Counted from the first letter of the stretch, positions 1-9,057 are shown. The stretch is 64,000 bases of DNA from an uncultured Pseudomonadales bacterium (GCA_947258825.1 CAMYJX010000004.1:18122-82121), one strand, 5' to 3'. A program made the numbers and translations. Notes: generated from the letters alone by a model not told the origin.

Positions 1-655
1 AGGTTTCCTGAATCTGACCGCGAATCGTGTCCATGCCGGTGATGGTATCCTGGACCACGTCGGACCCCTTGTTGGCAATCTCCACCGCACGGTCGGCCAC
101 AGCCGCGGATTCCGCAGCGTTAGATGATACGTGATCGATTGAAACGGCCATTTCATTGATTGCCTGAGATGCAGCCCCGATCTCTCTAGCCTGATTTTCC
201 GCGGCGCTTGCCAGATTGCTGGCCGTAGACTGCGTTTCCGAGGCAGCCTTGGCGACCTGCACGGAGAGATCGTTGATGTTCGAGACCAACCCGCGCATCT
301 GGTCAATGGCGAAGTTTATCGAATCCGCGATGGCGCCCGTAAAGTTTTCGGTCACCGAAGCATGAATCGTCAGGTCACCTTCGGCAAGATCGGCGATTTC
401 GTCCAGCAGCTGCAATATCGCAGCCTGGTTGCGCTCATTCTGAGACGCCTGCTCTTCCAGCTGCTTGCGCGTATCGCGGATCATGACCACCGCGATGACG
501 GCGACCAACACCATGCCGGCGACCGCAAAAATGAGGCTGGTATTGTTGATGATGGCGGTTTCGTCCGTGAGGATCACGTAAGCCATCCCGGCCATGGTGC
601 CCGCAAGCATGATCAACAAGACCACCTGCAACGGCGACAACTTTCCTGATTTCAT
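1..655 (-). CDS. pilJ: PilJ-like methyl-accepting chemotaxis protein of the Chp/Pil twitching-motility chemosensory system; first ~218 codons only, gene continues past the left edge
   Basis: Not in the ORF track because no stop lies in the window. My minus-strand translation from the ATG at 653-655 reads MKSGKLSPLQVVLLIMLAGTMAGMAYVILTDETAIINNTSLIFAVAGMVLVAVIAVVMIRDTRKQLEEQASQNERNQAAILQLLDEIADLAEGDLTIHASVTENFTGAIADSINFAIDQMR... The NQAAIL-LLDEIADLA-GDLT-VTE-FTGAIADSIN block is the stretch that follows TM2 in P. aeruginosa PilJ. The gene starts 16 nt after the pilI stop. Confidence 0.85.
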   Translation of the reverse strand, partial: MKSGKLSPLQVVLLIMLAGTMAGMAYVILTDETAIINNTSLIFAVAGMVLVAVIAVVMIRDTRKQLEEQASQNERNQAAILQLLDEIADLAEGDLTIHASVTENFTGAIADSINFAIDQMRGLVSNINDLSVQVAKAASETQSTASNLASAAENQAREIGAASQAINEMAVSIDHVSSNAAESAAVADRAVEIANKGSDVVQDTITGMDTIRGQIQET

Positions 656-670
656 ATCCCTGTAACCCGC

Positions 671-1216
671 TTATTGTTTCAGTTCCGCAACATCGAAGAA
701 CTTTTCGTCCTTCAGAATTGATTTCAGGTGGGCTTCGTAGAAGACCCGCCCACCATGCCGAAAGGCGCCCCTGACATAGGGCTGCAGAGCGCCAAGGGCC
801 TCGAATGAGGCCTCTTCAAAACTATCTTTGAGAAAATGCTGGATGCCCAGCGACTGCTCTACCATCAGACCAGCTACCAGGTTTTCGTCCTCGACCACCA
901 GCACCCGCCACTGAACCATGGGCAACGTTGGCGACATCCCCAGATATTCGTGAAGGTCGATCACCGGGATAAGCCGGCCGCGTATGTTGGAGACGCCCAG
1001 AATCCAGGATTTCACGCCGGGCAGGGGGGTGACCCTGGGAATCTTCAAGACCTCGCTGATCTCGCCCATGGTGCATACCAGACGCAGACCGCCCACCTGA
1101 AACCCCATCCCCTGCCATTCGGGATGCGCATCCTGCTTCAGGGGCAGCTGTGCCGCGTTGCGAAAGGTAGCCGCCTGAATCTGTCTGAGAATGTCGAGAG
1201 CCTGCTTCTGAGCCAT
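671..1216 (-). CDS. pilI: CheW-like coupling protein PilI
   Basis: 181-aa ORF with a CheW domain pattern (GLRLVCTMGEISEVL...ILGVSNIRGRLIPVIDL). It lies between pilH and pilJ as in the Pseudomonas pilGHIJ cluster. Confidence 0.85.
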   Translation of the reverse strand: MAQKQALDILRQIQAATFRNAAQLPLKQDAHPEWQGMGFQVGGLRLVCTMGEISEVLKIPRVTPLPGVKSWILGVSNIRGRLIPVIDLHEYLGMSPTLPMVQWRVLVVEDENLVAGLMVEQSLGIQHFLKDSFEEASFEALGALQPYVRGAFRHGGRVFYEAHLKSILKDEKFFDVAELKQ

Positions 1217-1220
1217 GGTG

Positions 1221-1586
1221 TCAAACGCTCAGCACGTCATTGACCGCGTCCACGAGCATGCGGTCGTTCACCGGTTTGGTGAGATAACCGCTGGCACCCT
1301 GTCGCTCGCCCCAGACCCGATCCGCATCCTGGCTCTTCGAGGAGACGATGATCACGGGGATGTGGCTGGTGGAGTTGTCACGCGTCAGCTGACGGGTCGC
1401 CTGGAAACCGTTGATTCCCGGCATCACAACATCCATCAGGATAACGTCGGGCTGCTCGGCGGAGGCCAGATCTATGCCGTCGCTGCCGCTGGTGGCGGTA
1501 AGCACCTGATGGCCATGTCTGGCGAGTATGTTGACATAATTGTGGGTTTCCGCCGGGGAATCGTCGACAACAAGAATCCGTGCCAT
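1221..1586 (-). CDS. pilH: CheY-like single-domain response regulator PilH
   Basis: 121 aa: MARILVVDDSPAE...DVILMDVVMPGINGFQATRQL...YLTKP. This is a receiver domain with the DD/D/K signature, in the second position of pilGHIJ. Confidence 0.85.
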   Translation of the reverse strand: MARILVVDDSPAETHNYVNILARHGHQVLTATSGSDGIDLASAEQPDVILMDVVMPGINGFQATRQLTRDNSTSHIPVIIVSSKSQDADRVWGERQGASGYLTKPVNDRMLVDAVNDVLSV

Positions 1587-1606
1587 GATCAGTCCGCCCC
1601 TTCGTA

Positions 1607-1987
1607 TCAGTGCACCAGGGTGCGTATGGTGCCCAGCAGCTCTTCCTTGCTGAACGGCTTGGTGATATACCGGTCCGACCCCACGATTCGGCCCTTGGCT
1701 TTGTCAAAAAGCCCGTCCTTGCTCGAGAGCATCACCACAGGCGTTGCCTTGAACTCACTGTTGTTTTTGATCAGCGCGCAGGTCTGGTAGCCATCCAGGC
1801 GGGGCATCATGATGTCAACAAAGATGATTTCCGGCCGGGAATCAGCAATCTTCGCAAGGGCGTCGAAACCATCCGTGGCGGTAATGACGTCGCAGCCCTC
1901 TTTGGTGAGCAGATTTTCCGCGCTTCGACGAATGGTCTTACTGTCGTCGATCACCAGGACCTTGACGCCGTTCAGATCCTCTTCCAT
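1607..1987 (-). CDS. pilG: CheY-like response regulator PilG
   Basis: 126 aa: VKVLVIDDSKTIRRSAE...IIFVDIMMPRLDGYQTCALIKNN...YITKPFSKEELL, closely PilG-like. It is divergent from gshB, as in P. aeruginosa. Confidence 0.88.
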   Translation of the reverse strand: MEEDLNGVKVLVIDDSKTIRRSAENLLTKEGCDVITATDGFDALAKIADSRPEIIFVDIMMPRLDGYQTCALIKNNSEFKATPVVMLSSKDGLFDKAKGRIVGSDRYITKPFSKEELLGTIRTLVH

Positions 1988-2231
1988 GTCAGTCCAACAC
2001 TCCCGAGTCAGGTGGTTGTTGCCGTCCGTTGCAGCCAGCAGCCATCACAGCGCGCTACGGCTCGGCCGTAGACGCAGTCGTGGCCCTTGCGCCTGAGCGT
2101 TTTATCACGATTGCTCCGAAACGATCTATAAGCATCGGATCAGAAAGGGAATTCGTTCGCATTTCGGTTGCCGCCCCGTACCCATACCGGTACTTTTAGC
2201 GCTCCTCATCAGCCTTTTCCCAGATAGATCC

Positions 2232-3251
2232 ATGACAAACTCCGCATCCGATGCCGATGGACCCGAATCACGCACAGATGTGCGAATCGCTTTCGTCATG
2301 GATCCCATACCGAGCCTGTCTCTTAAGAAAGATAGCACCTTAGCCATGATCCGCTCGGCAATGCGTCGCGGATGGCAGATTTTCTTCGTCGGACAGGACG
2401 ACCTTCTGCTTCACCAAGGGCAGGTTTACGGGTATCTGCACCCTCTGCGGCTGCTGGGCGCCTTCGCGGAATCCCTGGACCCGGCTGACGCCCTGGAGCC
2501 CTGGTACGAGATGGGGGGCGGCGTGCTGACCCCGCTGGCGGAACTCGACGTCATCATGATGCGCAAAGATCCGCCCTTCGACATGGAGTACATCTATACC
2601 ACCTACTTCCTGGAGCGGGCGGAGGACGCCGGGGTGATGGTGGTCAACAAACCTGTGAGCCTTCGGGACTGCAACGAGAAGTTTTTTGCCACCGCGTTTC
2701 CCGAGTGCTGCCCACCGCTGGTCGTCAGCCGCCGAGAGGACGTGCTGAGAGCCTTTCAGTCTGAGCACAAGAATGTAGTGTTCAAGCGGCTTGACGGGAT
2801 GGGTGGGACGTCGGTGTTTCGAATCATGGAGGACGATCCGAACCTTGGCGTCGTGCTGGAAACGCTGACAAAGGGCGGTAAAGAGCAGATCATGGGACAG
2901 CTGTTCCTGCCGGAGATTGCCGATGGTGACAAACGCATTCTGCTGGTTGACGGTGAGCCGATACCTTTCGCGCTGGCGAGAATACCCATGGCCGGCGAGG
3001 CGCGGGGCAATCTGGCCGCGGGCGGAACCGGCGTCGGTCAGGCGCTGACCGAAAGAGATCGGTGGATCGCCACGCAGATTGGCCCGGAGGTAAAGCGCCG
3101 GGGTTTGATCTTCGTAGGCATCGACGTCATCGGCGACTATCTCACCGAGGTGAACGTGACCTGCCCAACCTGTATCCGCGAACTGGATGCACAGTTTTCT
3201 CTGGATATCGGCGATATGCTCATGGACACCATAGCGGCTAAGCTTGCTTGA
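2232..3251 (+). CDS. gshB: Glutathione synthetase (ATP-grasp)
   Basis: The 339-aa ORF has IAFVMDPIPSLSLKKDSTLAMIRSAMRRGW near the N-terminus and the ATP-grasp C-terminal half (NLAAGGTG...VGIDVIGDYLTEVNVTCPT). An in-frame GTG at 2280 is an alternative start. Confidence 0.92.
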   Translation: MTNSASDADGPESRTDVRIAFVMDPIPSLSLKKDSTLAMIRSAMRRGWQIFFVGQDDLLLHQGQVYGYLHPLRLLGAFAESLDPADALEPWYEMGGGVLTPLAELDVIMMRKDPPFDMEYIYTTYFLERAEDAGVMVVNKPVSLRDCNEKFFATAFPECCPPLVVSRREDVLRAFQSEHKNVVFKRLDGMGGTSVFRIMEDDPNLGVVLETLTKGGKEQIMGQLFLPEIADGDKRILLVDGEPIPFALARIPMAGEARGNLAAGGTGVGQALTERDRWIATQIGPEVKRRGLIFVGIDVIGDYLTEVNVTCPTCIRELDAQFSLDIGDMLMDTIAAKLA

Positions 3252-4112
3252 ATGGCTTCCATCAGCGTTACACCCAGAGACAGGCTGACCTTCACACTGT
3301 TCCTGGCCGTTTCCCTTCACGCGGCGGCCATTCTGGGCGTCAGTTTCTCTGCCAACGTCAACCAGGCCGACATTCCGACCATCGAGGTCACCCTGGCACA
3401 GTACAGCGATCTCGAGGCGCCAGAGGACGCGGACTTCATCGCCCAGTCAAATCAGCAGGGCAGCGGGACGGAGGCGGAGGTGCTGGAAACCACCGCGGAA
3501 CAGGAAACGGATTTTCACGCCAACAGGCTGGAAGAAATCGCGCCGGATCCGCTGGCTCGATCCGAGGCCATCGATTTTCGTCAGCGGGCACTGCTGACCA
3601 CCCAGAGCGCGGCTGAGGATGAGGTAACTGCCCGGGACCAGATCCCTGAAGAGGAGGTCGTGTCCCCGCTGGATGCCCGCAATCTATCCTACGACGAGCT
3701 CGCCCAGGAGATCGCCAGCCTCGAGGCAAGGATTGCTCAGGAGCAGCAGGCTCAGGCAAAGGCGCCTCGGGTTAAGCGCCTTACCAGCGTCTCGACAAAA
3801 ACCGCAACGGAAGCCGCCTACCTGAACGCGTGGCGCCAGAAGGTTGAAAGAATCGGTAACGCCAATTATCCGTCGAGCGCGGCAAGCGGCGACCTACGAC
3901 TGCTGGTTGTATTGAGCTACGATGGCACCCTAAAAGAGGTTCGCGTTCTGGAATCGTCTGGCACAAAATCATTGGACGATGCTGCACTTCGCATCGTCCG
4001 GCTCGCCGCCCCTTATCCGGATTTCCCAGTGGAGATGCGAAAGCACTACGATCAGCTGGAGATCATCAGAACCTGGCAGTTCTCCCGAGCTGGAAACCGC
4101 CTTGGCAGCTGA
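3252..4112 (+). CDS. TonB-family energy transducer with C-terminal TonB domain (positional equivalent of P. aeruginosa TonB3)
   Basis: The protein has an N-terminal TM (LTFTLFLAVSLHAAAILGV), an acidic/Gln-rich linker and a C-terminal TonB fold pattern (NANYP...GDLRLLVVLSYDGTLKEVRVLESSGTKSLDDAALRIVRLAAPYPDFP). Its start abuts the gshB stop (TGAATG). Confidence 0.72.
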   Translation: MASISVTPRDRLTFTLFLAVSLHAAAILGVSFSANVNQADIPTIEVTLAQYSDLEAPEDADFIAQSNQQGSGTEAEVLETTAEQETDFHANRLEEIAPDPLARSEAIDFRQRALLTTQSAAEDEVTARDQIPEEEVVSPLDARNLSYDELAQEIASLEARIAQEQQAQAKAPRVKRLTSVSTKTATEAAYLNAWRQKVERIGNANYPSSAASGDLRLLVVLSYDGTLKEVRVLESSGTKSLDDAALRIVRLAAPYPDFPVEMRKHYDQLEIIRTWQFSRAGNRLGS

Positions 4113-4662
4113 TACGTCTCTTAAAAACCAGTTTCTGCTGGCCATGCCCGGCCTGACTGGCAGCTACTTCGGCTCCAGCATCACCTACATATGCGAGCAC
4201 AATGCGGACGGGGCCATGGGCCTGGTGATCAACAAGCCGGGCGAGCTCACGCTGGTGGAGCTGCTTTCGCAGATAGGCCTGGATTCCAGCGCCGTGTCCA
4301 TCGATGTACCGGTGCTCGATGGCGGGCCTGTGGCCACCGAGCGCGGCTTCATCCTGCACACCGACGACAGAGACTTCGAGACCTCTCTGGACCTTGGGGA
4401 CGGCCTGATGCTAACCGCCGCCAGAGACATACTCGAGGCAATCGCCGAAGGTCGTGGGCCTCTCCACTACCTCGTGGCGCTGGGCTACGCCGGTTGGGGC
4501 GAAGGTCAGCTGGAAAGCGAGATCAAGGAAAACGCCTGGCTGACCTGCCCTGTCAGCAGGCCCGTTCTGTTCGAGACCCCCTTCGAAGACCGGGTCAACA
4601 AGGCGGCTGAGGTTCTGGGTATCGATTTCCGCCTGATTTCAGGCCAGGCTGGTCACGCCTGA
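4102..4662 (+). CDS. yqgE: YqgE/AlgH family protein (UPF0301)
   Basis: LKNQFLLAMPGLTGSYFGSSITYICEHNADGAMGLVINKP is the family N-terminal signature. The start of ORF-track entry 3979 lies inside the tonB-like gene. The plausible starts are TTG 4102 or ATG 4144, so the start is uncertain. Confidence 0.8.
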   Translation: MAADTSLKNQFLLAMPGLTGSYFGSSITYICEHNADGAMGLVINKPGELTLVELLSQIGLDSSAVSIDVPVLDGGPVATERGFILHTDDRDFETSLDLGDGLMLTAARDILEAIAEGRGPLHYLVALGYAGWGEGQLESEIKENAWLTCPVSRPVLFETPFEDRVNKAAEVLGIDFRLISGQAGHA

Positions 4663-4678
4663 ATTTCCGGGCCTCGCG

Positions 4679-5095
4679 ATGAAATCAGGTTACGTTCTGG
4701 CATTCGATTTCGGCCTGCGCCACATCGGCGTTGCGGTGGGACAGTCGATTACCCGCACGGCAAACCCGCTCAAGACCCTGGAGGCCCGGAACGGCAGGCC
4801 GGACTGGAACGAGATCGAAGAGATGATTCATCAATGGCAGCCGGTTTCTCTGCTGGTCGGGCTGCCCCTCAATATGGACGACAGTGAGAGCGAGATGTCC
4901 GGCCGCGCGCGCCAATTCGGAGCCGCGCTGGCGCGCCGAAGCGAAAGGGAGGTGCAGATGGTGGATGAGCGACTCAGCAGCCACGCATCCCGCGAAACGG
5001 ATTCGGATCGGTCACATGAATTGGCGGCAGCACTGATCGCCGAGACCTGGCTGGCGGAACCCGACAGCGGAACCCCGCCAACGCCTCCAACCTGA
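4679..5095 (+). CDS. ruvX: Holliday junction resolvase-like nuclease RuvX (YqgF)
   Basis: 138 aa: YVLAFDFGLRHIGVAVGQSITRTANPLKTL...LLVGLPLNMDDSESEM. It follows yqgE as in most gammaproteobacteria. Confidence 0.92.
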   Translation: MKSGYVLAFDFGLRHIGVAVGQSITRTANPLKTLEARNGRPDWNEIEEMIHQWQPVSLLVGLPLNMDDSESEMSGRARQFGAALARRSEREVQMVDERLSSHASRETDSDRSHELAAALIAETWLAEPDSGTPPTPPT

Positions 5096-5107
5096 GCGCG
5101 TTCGAGG

Positions 5108-5156
5108 GAAGCTCGCGCGAAGCTCGCGCGAAGCTCGGGCGAAGCTCGCGCGAAGC
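5108..5156. repeat. Tandem array of about 4.5 copies of an 11-bp unit, GAAGCTCGCGC
   Basis: Read directly: gaagctcgcgc gaagctcgcgc gaagctcgggc gaagctcgcgc gaagcg. It lies in the 67-bp convergent gap between the ruvX stop and the pilU stop. Adjacent units can pair (GCGCGA/TCGCGC). Confidence 0.9.
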
Positions 5157-5162
5157 GTGAGA

Positions 5163-6308
5163 TCAGCGACGGAAGCTGAGGGCTGGGTCCGAAGGTTCCT
5201 CTTCCATCGTCAGCCCCTCGCCAATCGCCATCGGATCGGAATCGGCGTCGGCACCCAACTTGATCATCAAGCGAAGATCGTTGGGCGAATCCGCATGAGC
5301 AAGCGCTGCCTCGTAGGTGATCTCGCCCTCACTGTAAAGCTTGTAGAGCGCCTGATCGAAAGTCTGCATGCCCTGCTCGTTAGACTTGCTCATCAGCTCC
5401 TTCAGCAGGTGCACATCGCCCTTGCGGATGTGGTCCGACACCAGCGGCGTGTTGATAAGCACCTCGATGGCTGCCTGACGACCCTGGCCGTCTACCGTCG
5501 GCAACAGCTGCTGGGCAACCATGGCCCGCAGGTTGAGGGAGAGGTCCATCCATACCTGCGTGTGACGATCGCTGGGAAAGAAATGCAGAATTCGATCCAG
5601 CGCCTGGTTTGCATTGTTGGCGTGCAGCGTGCAGAGGCACAGGTGCCCTGTCTCCGCGAAAGCCACGGCGTGGTCCATGGTTTCCCGCGAGCGCACCTCA
5701 CCAATCATGATCACATCGGGCGCCTGACGCAGCGTGTTTTTCAGCGCGACCTCGAAGCTTTCAGTATCTACCCCCACTTCCCGCTGCGTGATGATGCACC
5801 CCTTGTGCTGGTGAATGAATTCGATGGGGTCTTCGACGCTGATGATGTGTCCGGAGGAATTCTCATTACGGTGTCCGATCATCGCCGCCAGCGACGTAGA
5901 CTTACCGGTGCCGGTCGCGCCCACGAAGATGATGAGGCCCCGCTTGGTCATCGCCAGATCCGCGATGATCGGCGGAAGGTTGAGATCATCGATGGTCGGA
6001 ATGTTCGTTTCGATGCGACGCAGCACCATGCCGGCAAGGTTCCGCTGGTAGAAGGCACTGACTCGAAATCGACCCAGACCGGCGGTGTTGATGGCAAAGT
6101 TGCACTCGTGCTCTTTGTCGAAGACCTCGCGCTGATCCTTATTCATGACGCCGCGCACCATGTCTCGGGACTGATCCGGGGACAGGTTGTTCTTACCGGC
6201 GGCATAGAGCTTGCCGTTTATCTTAAGCATGGGCGGCTTGCCGGACGTGATGAACATATCCGAAGCGCCTTTCTCTACTACCAGCCTAAGCAGCTTGTCG
6301 AATTCCAT
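5163..6308 (-). CDS. pilU: Type IV pilus retraction ATPase PilU
   Basis: 381 aa with a PilT-family hexameric ATPase pattern (GATGTGKSTSLAAMI, AIRQ-like VALKNTLRQAPDVIMIGEVR, TLHANNANQALDRI). It lies downstream of pilT. Confidence 0.9.
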   Translation of the reverse strand: MEFDKLLRLVVEKGASDMFITSGKPPMLKINGKLYAAGKNNLSPDQSRDMVRGVMNKDQREVFDKEHECNFAINTAGLGRFRVSAFYQRNLAGMVLRRIETNIPTIDDLNLPPIIADLAMTKRGLIIFVGATGTGKSTSLAAMIGHRNENSSGHIISVEDPIEFIHQHKGCIITQREVGVDTESFEVALKNTLRQAPDVIMIGEVRSRETMDHAVAFAETGHLCLCTLHANNANQALDRILHFFPSDRHTQVWMDLSLNLRAMVAQQLLPTVDGQGRQAAIEVLINTPLVSDHIRKGDVHLLKELMSKSNEQGMQTFDQALYKLYSEGEITYEAALAHADSPNDLRLMIKLGADADSDPMAIGEGLTMEEEPSDPALSFRR

Positions 6309-6376
6309 AAACTAATCTCCAGCTTTGCCATGCTTTCCGAAGGCCCGACCAGCTTCGGGACCAGCGATCAAACCGC

Positions 6377-7411
6377 CTAAAACTCGTCCGGCATCTTAGC
6401 CTTCTCTTTGGCAGTTTCCCGGGAAATCGCCCGCTTCTGCACCAGGTCCTTGAGGCACTGGTCGAGCGTTGTCATACCGAGCGACGCGCCCGTCTGGATG
6501 GCGGAGTACATCTGCGCGACCTTGTCCTCGCGGATGAGGTTACGGATGGCAGGCGTGCCGATCATGATCTCGTGCGCCGCGATGCGACCGCCGTTGACCC
6601 GCTTCAGAAGGGTCTGGGAAATGACCGCCTGCAGTGATTCCGACAGCATGGAGCGGACCATGTCCTTCTCTTCCGCCGGGAAGACGTCGATGACCCTGTC
6701 GATGGTCTTGGCCGCGGAGGTGGTGTGCAGCGTTCCGAACACCAGGTGGCCCGTCTCAGCCGCGGTCAACGCAAGGCGTATGGTTTCCAGATCTCGCATC
6801 TCGCCAACCAGAATGATGTCCGGATCTTCTCTCAGCGCGGAACGCAGGGCTTCACTGAACCCGTGAGTATCCCGATGCACCTCGCGCTGGTTGATCAGGC
6901 ACTTCTTGCTCTGATGAACGAATTCGATGGGATCCTCGATGGTGAGTATATGGTCGTATCGATTGTCGTTGATGTAGTCGATCATCGCGGCGAGGGTCGT
7001 GCTCTTGCCGGACCCCGTAGGGCCCGTCACCAGAATGAGGCCCCGGGCCATCATGGATACATCCTTGAAGACCTGGCCCATACCAAGGTCTTCCATGGTC
7101 AGAACTTTGGAGGGGATGGTCCGGAATACGGCTCCGGCTCCGCGGTTCTGATTGAACGCATTGACCCTGAAGCGGGCAACGCCGGGCACCTCGAACGAAA
7201 AGTCAGTTTCGAGAAATTCCTCGAAGTCCTTTCGCTGCTTGTCGTTCATGATCTCGTAGATCAGAGCGTGTACCTGCTGGTGCTCGAGCGGCGGCAGGTT
7301 GATGCGGCGCACGTCGCCATCGACGCGAATCATCGGTGGCAGTCCGGCAGAAAGATGAAGGTCCGATGCACCCTGCTTGGCGCTGAACGCGAGGAGTTCA
7401 GTGATGTCCAT
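6377..7411 (-). CDS. pilT: Type IV pilus twitching-motility ATPase PilT
   Basis: Starting at the internal ATG (7409-7411) gives 344 aa beginning MDITELLAFSAKQGASDLHLSAGLPPMIRVDGD, the canonical PilT N-terminus. Walker A is GPTGSGKSTTLAAMI. The longer track ORF (to 7543) adds a non-conserved 44 aa. Confidence 0.93.
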   Translation of the reverse strand: MDITELLAFSAKQGASDLHLSAGLPPMIRVDGDVRRINLPPLEHQQVHALIYEIMNDKQRKDFEEFLETDFSFEVPGVARFRVNAFNQNRGAGAVFRTIPSKVLTMEDLGMGQVFKDVSMMARGLILVTGPTGSGKSTTLAAMIDYINDNRYDHILTIEDPIEFVHQSKKCLINQREVHRDTHGFSEALRSALREDPDIILVGEMRDLETIRLALTAAETGHLVFGTLHTTSAAKTIDRVIDVFPAEEKDMVRSMLSESLQAVISQTLLKRVNGGRIAAHEIMIGTPAIRNLIREDKVAQMYSAIQTGASLGMTTLDQCLKDLVQKRAISRETAKEKAKMPDEF

Positions 7412-7532
7412 GAGCGATCCCTGCTCTGAATGGGTTTTCCTTATAGTATTATCAGCCTCACCCATAAACCACGCTGTAATCGCCCCGAGTCGACCCAGGT
7501 GCGAATTCTGCGACACCGTTGGCACAAAGAGA

Positions 7533-8219
7533 TTGCGGTCCATCTCCCCAGAAGTGGCAAAAAACGTACGAACCGTCCGGGATCAGATCGCCGACGCGGC
7601 GAAAGGCTGCGGGCGCGATCCCGGTGAAGTCCACCTCATTGCCGTTTCCAAAACCAAGCCCGCGGATCTGATCCGCGCCGCCTTTGCGGCTGGAGTTACG
7701 GATTTCGGCGAAAATTACCTTCAGGAGGCGATTCCAAAGATCAACAGCCTAAGGGATCTGAGCGCAACCTGGCATTTCATCGGCGCCATACAGTCCAACA
7801 AGACCAGGCTTATCGCGGAGAACTTCCAATGGGTTCATACCGTTTCAGCAGAAAAGACGGCCCGGCGCCTGTCCAACCAGTGCCCTGCCGACAAAACCCT
7901 CGACGTTTGCCTGCAGGTGAACATCGACCAGGACCCCGGCAAAGCCGGTCTTGCGGCTGACCAGGTCGGGTCGCTGCTGCAGATCCTGGGCGCGCTGCCT
8001 CGCCTGCGCGCCCGAGGGCTCATGACGATTCTGCAGCAGAACTCGAATCCCGAAGACGGCTACCAACGTCTGGCAACGCTCTGGGAAGGACTTCGAAAGA
8101 ACGCCGGCCCGCACTGGGATACACTCTCCATGGGCATGAGTGGGGATTTTCAGGCGGCCATATCGGCCGGTGCTACTCACGTGCGCATCGGTACCGCCGT
8201 CTTCGGCGACAGAAACTGA
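7533..8219 (+). CDS. yggS: YggS-family pyridoxal-phosphate homeostasis protein
   Basis: IAVSKTKPADLIRAAFAAGVTDFGENYLQEA...WHFIGAIQSNKT...LSMGMSGDFQAAISAGATHVRIGTAVFG. A TTG at 7533 gives about 228 aa, the usual size. The track start at 7377 overlaps the pilT start region. Confidence 0.85.
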   Translation: MRSISPEVAKNVRTVRDQIADAAKGCGRDPGEVHLIAVSKTKPADLIRAAFAAGVTDFGENYLQEAIPKINSLRDLSATWHFIGAIQSNKTRLIAENFQWVHTVSAEKTARRLSNQCPADKTLDVCLQVNIDQDPGKAGLAADQVGSLLQILGALPRLRARGLMTILQQNSNPEDGYQRLATLWEGLRKNAGPHWDTLSMGMSGDFQAAISAGATHVRIGTAVFGDRN

Positions 8220-8241
8220 CCATCGGTACAGGGAGACCGTC

Positions 8242-9057
8242 GTGAGCAAGCAGACCATCGCCTTTATCGGCGCCGGCAATATGGCTCGAAGCCTGATCAC
8301 GGGCCTCATCAACAGCGGCCACCCGGCCGACAGGATTCGCGCAAGCGACCCCGTGATCGCGCGGCTGGAAGCCCTTCAGAGCACCGGCATCATCACCGCG
8401 GCGTCCAACGACCAGGCAGTTGCAGATGCCGAGATCGTGGTACTGGCCGTGAAGCCTCAGGTTCTGGGTGACGTATTGTCCGGTCTGCAGCTCAACAGGT
8501 CTCAGCTGCTGATATCCATCGCGGCGGGCGTTCCGTTGCAGAGCCTGGAGGCCTGGAGCAGCAGCAACCAGCCCATCGTGCGCTGCATGCCCAACACGCC
8601 GGCACTGGTAGGGGCCGGGATTTCAGGCCTGTTCGCCAATGCGGCCGTCAGCAATGCTCAGCATGCGGCGGCAGAGGCGGTCCTCAGCGCGGCAGGGAAG
8701 ACGGTATGGGTAAGCGCCGAAACACTCCTCGACGCGGTCACTGCCGTTTCGGGCAGCGGACCGGCCTATTTCTTCTACCTGATGGAGGCCATGGTGGAAG
8801 CGGGAACCAACCTGGGCCTGGATCGCGACACGGCCACCTCGCTGACCCTAGAAACCGCTTACGGAGCCGCTCTGATGGCGAAGCAGGGAGGCCAGCCACC
8901 GGCTCAGCTGCGCAGGAACGTCACCTCACCGGGGGGGACCACGGAACGCGCGCTCTCTATACTAGATGCAGCCGACTCACGGGCCGTCATAGAACGAGCT
9001 CTTGCCGGCGCCGCGGAAAGGTCCCGTGAACTTGCAGAGGAATTCGGCCGCCGATGA
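8242..9057 (+). CDS. proC: Pyrroline-5-carboxylate reductase
   Basis: A GTG at 8242, preceded by GGGAGA, gives VSKQTIAFIGAGNMARSLITGLI... The C-terminal VTSPGGTTERAL motif is present. Confidence 0.9.
   Translation: MSKQTIAFIGAGNMARSLITGLINSGHPADRIRASDPVIARLEALQSTGIITAASNDQAVADAEIVVLAVKPQVLGDVLSGLQLNRSQLLISIAAGVPLQSLEAWSSSNQPIVRCMPNTPALVGAGISGLFANAAVSNAQHAAAEAVLSAAGKTVWVSAETLLDAVTAVSGSGPAYFFYLMEAMVEAGTNLGLDRDTATSLTLETAYGAALMAKQGGQPPAQLRRNVTSPGGTTERALSILDAADSRAVIERALAGAAERSRELAEEFGRR

Noticed and set aside
5108-5156. Tandem repeats considered as a possible CRISPR array
   Set aside because: The units are 11 bp and directly abutting, with no spacers. No cas genes are present in the window.
5157-6380. 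407-aa plus-strand ORF covering the whole pilU locus. Similar long antisense ORFs occur at 46367-48259 (630 aa, opposite uvrD), 52853-54199 (448 aa, opposite atpD), 49181-50611 (476 aa, opposite glmS), 55761-56903 (opposite atpA), 62094-63245 (opposite mnmG), 25016-26014 and 26445-27590.
   Set aside because: Each lies exactly antisense to a full-length, universally conserved gene. The translations are Arg/Gly/His/Val-rich with no recognisable motifs. Long stop-free antisense frames are expected at about 60% GC with strong G/C bias at third-codon positions.
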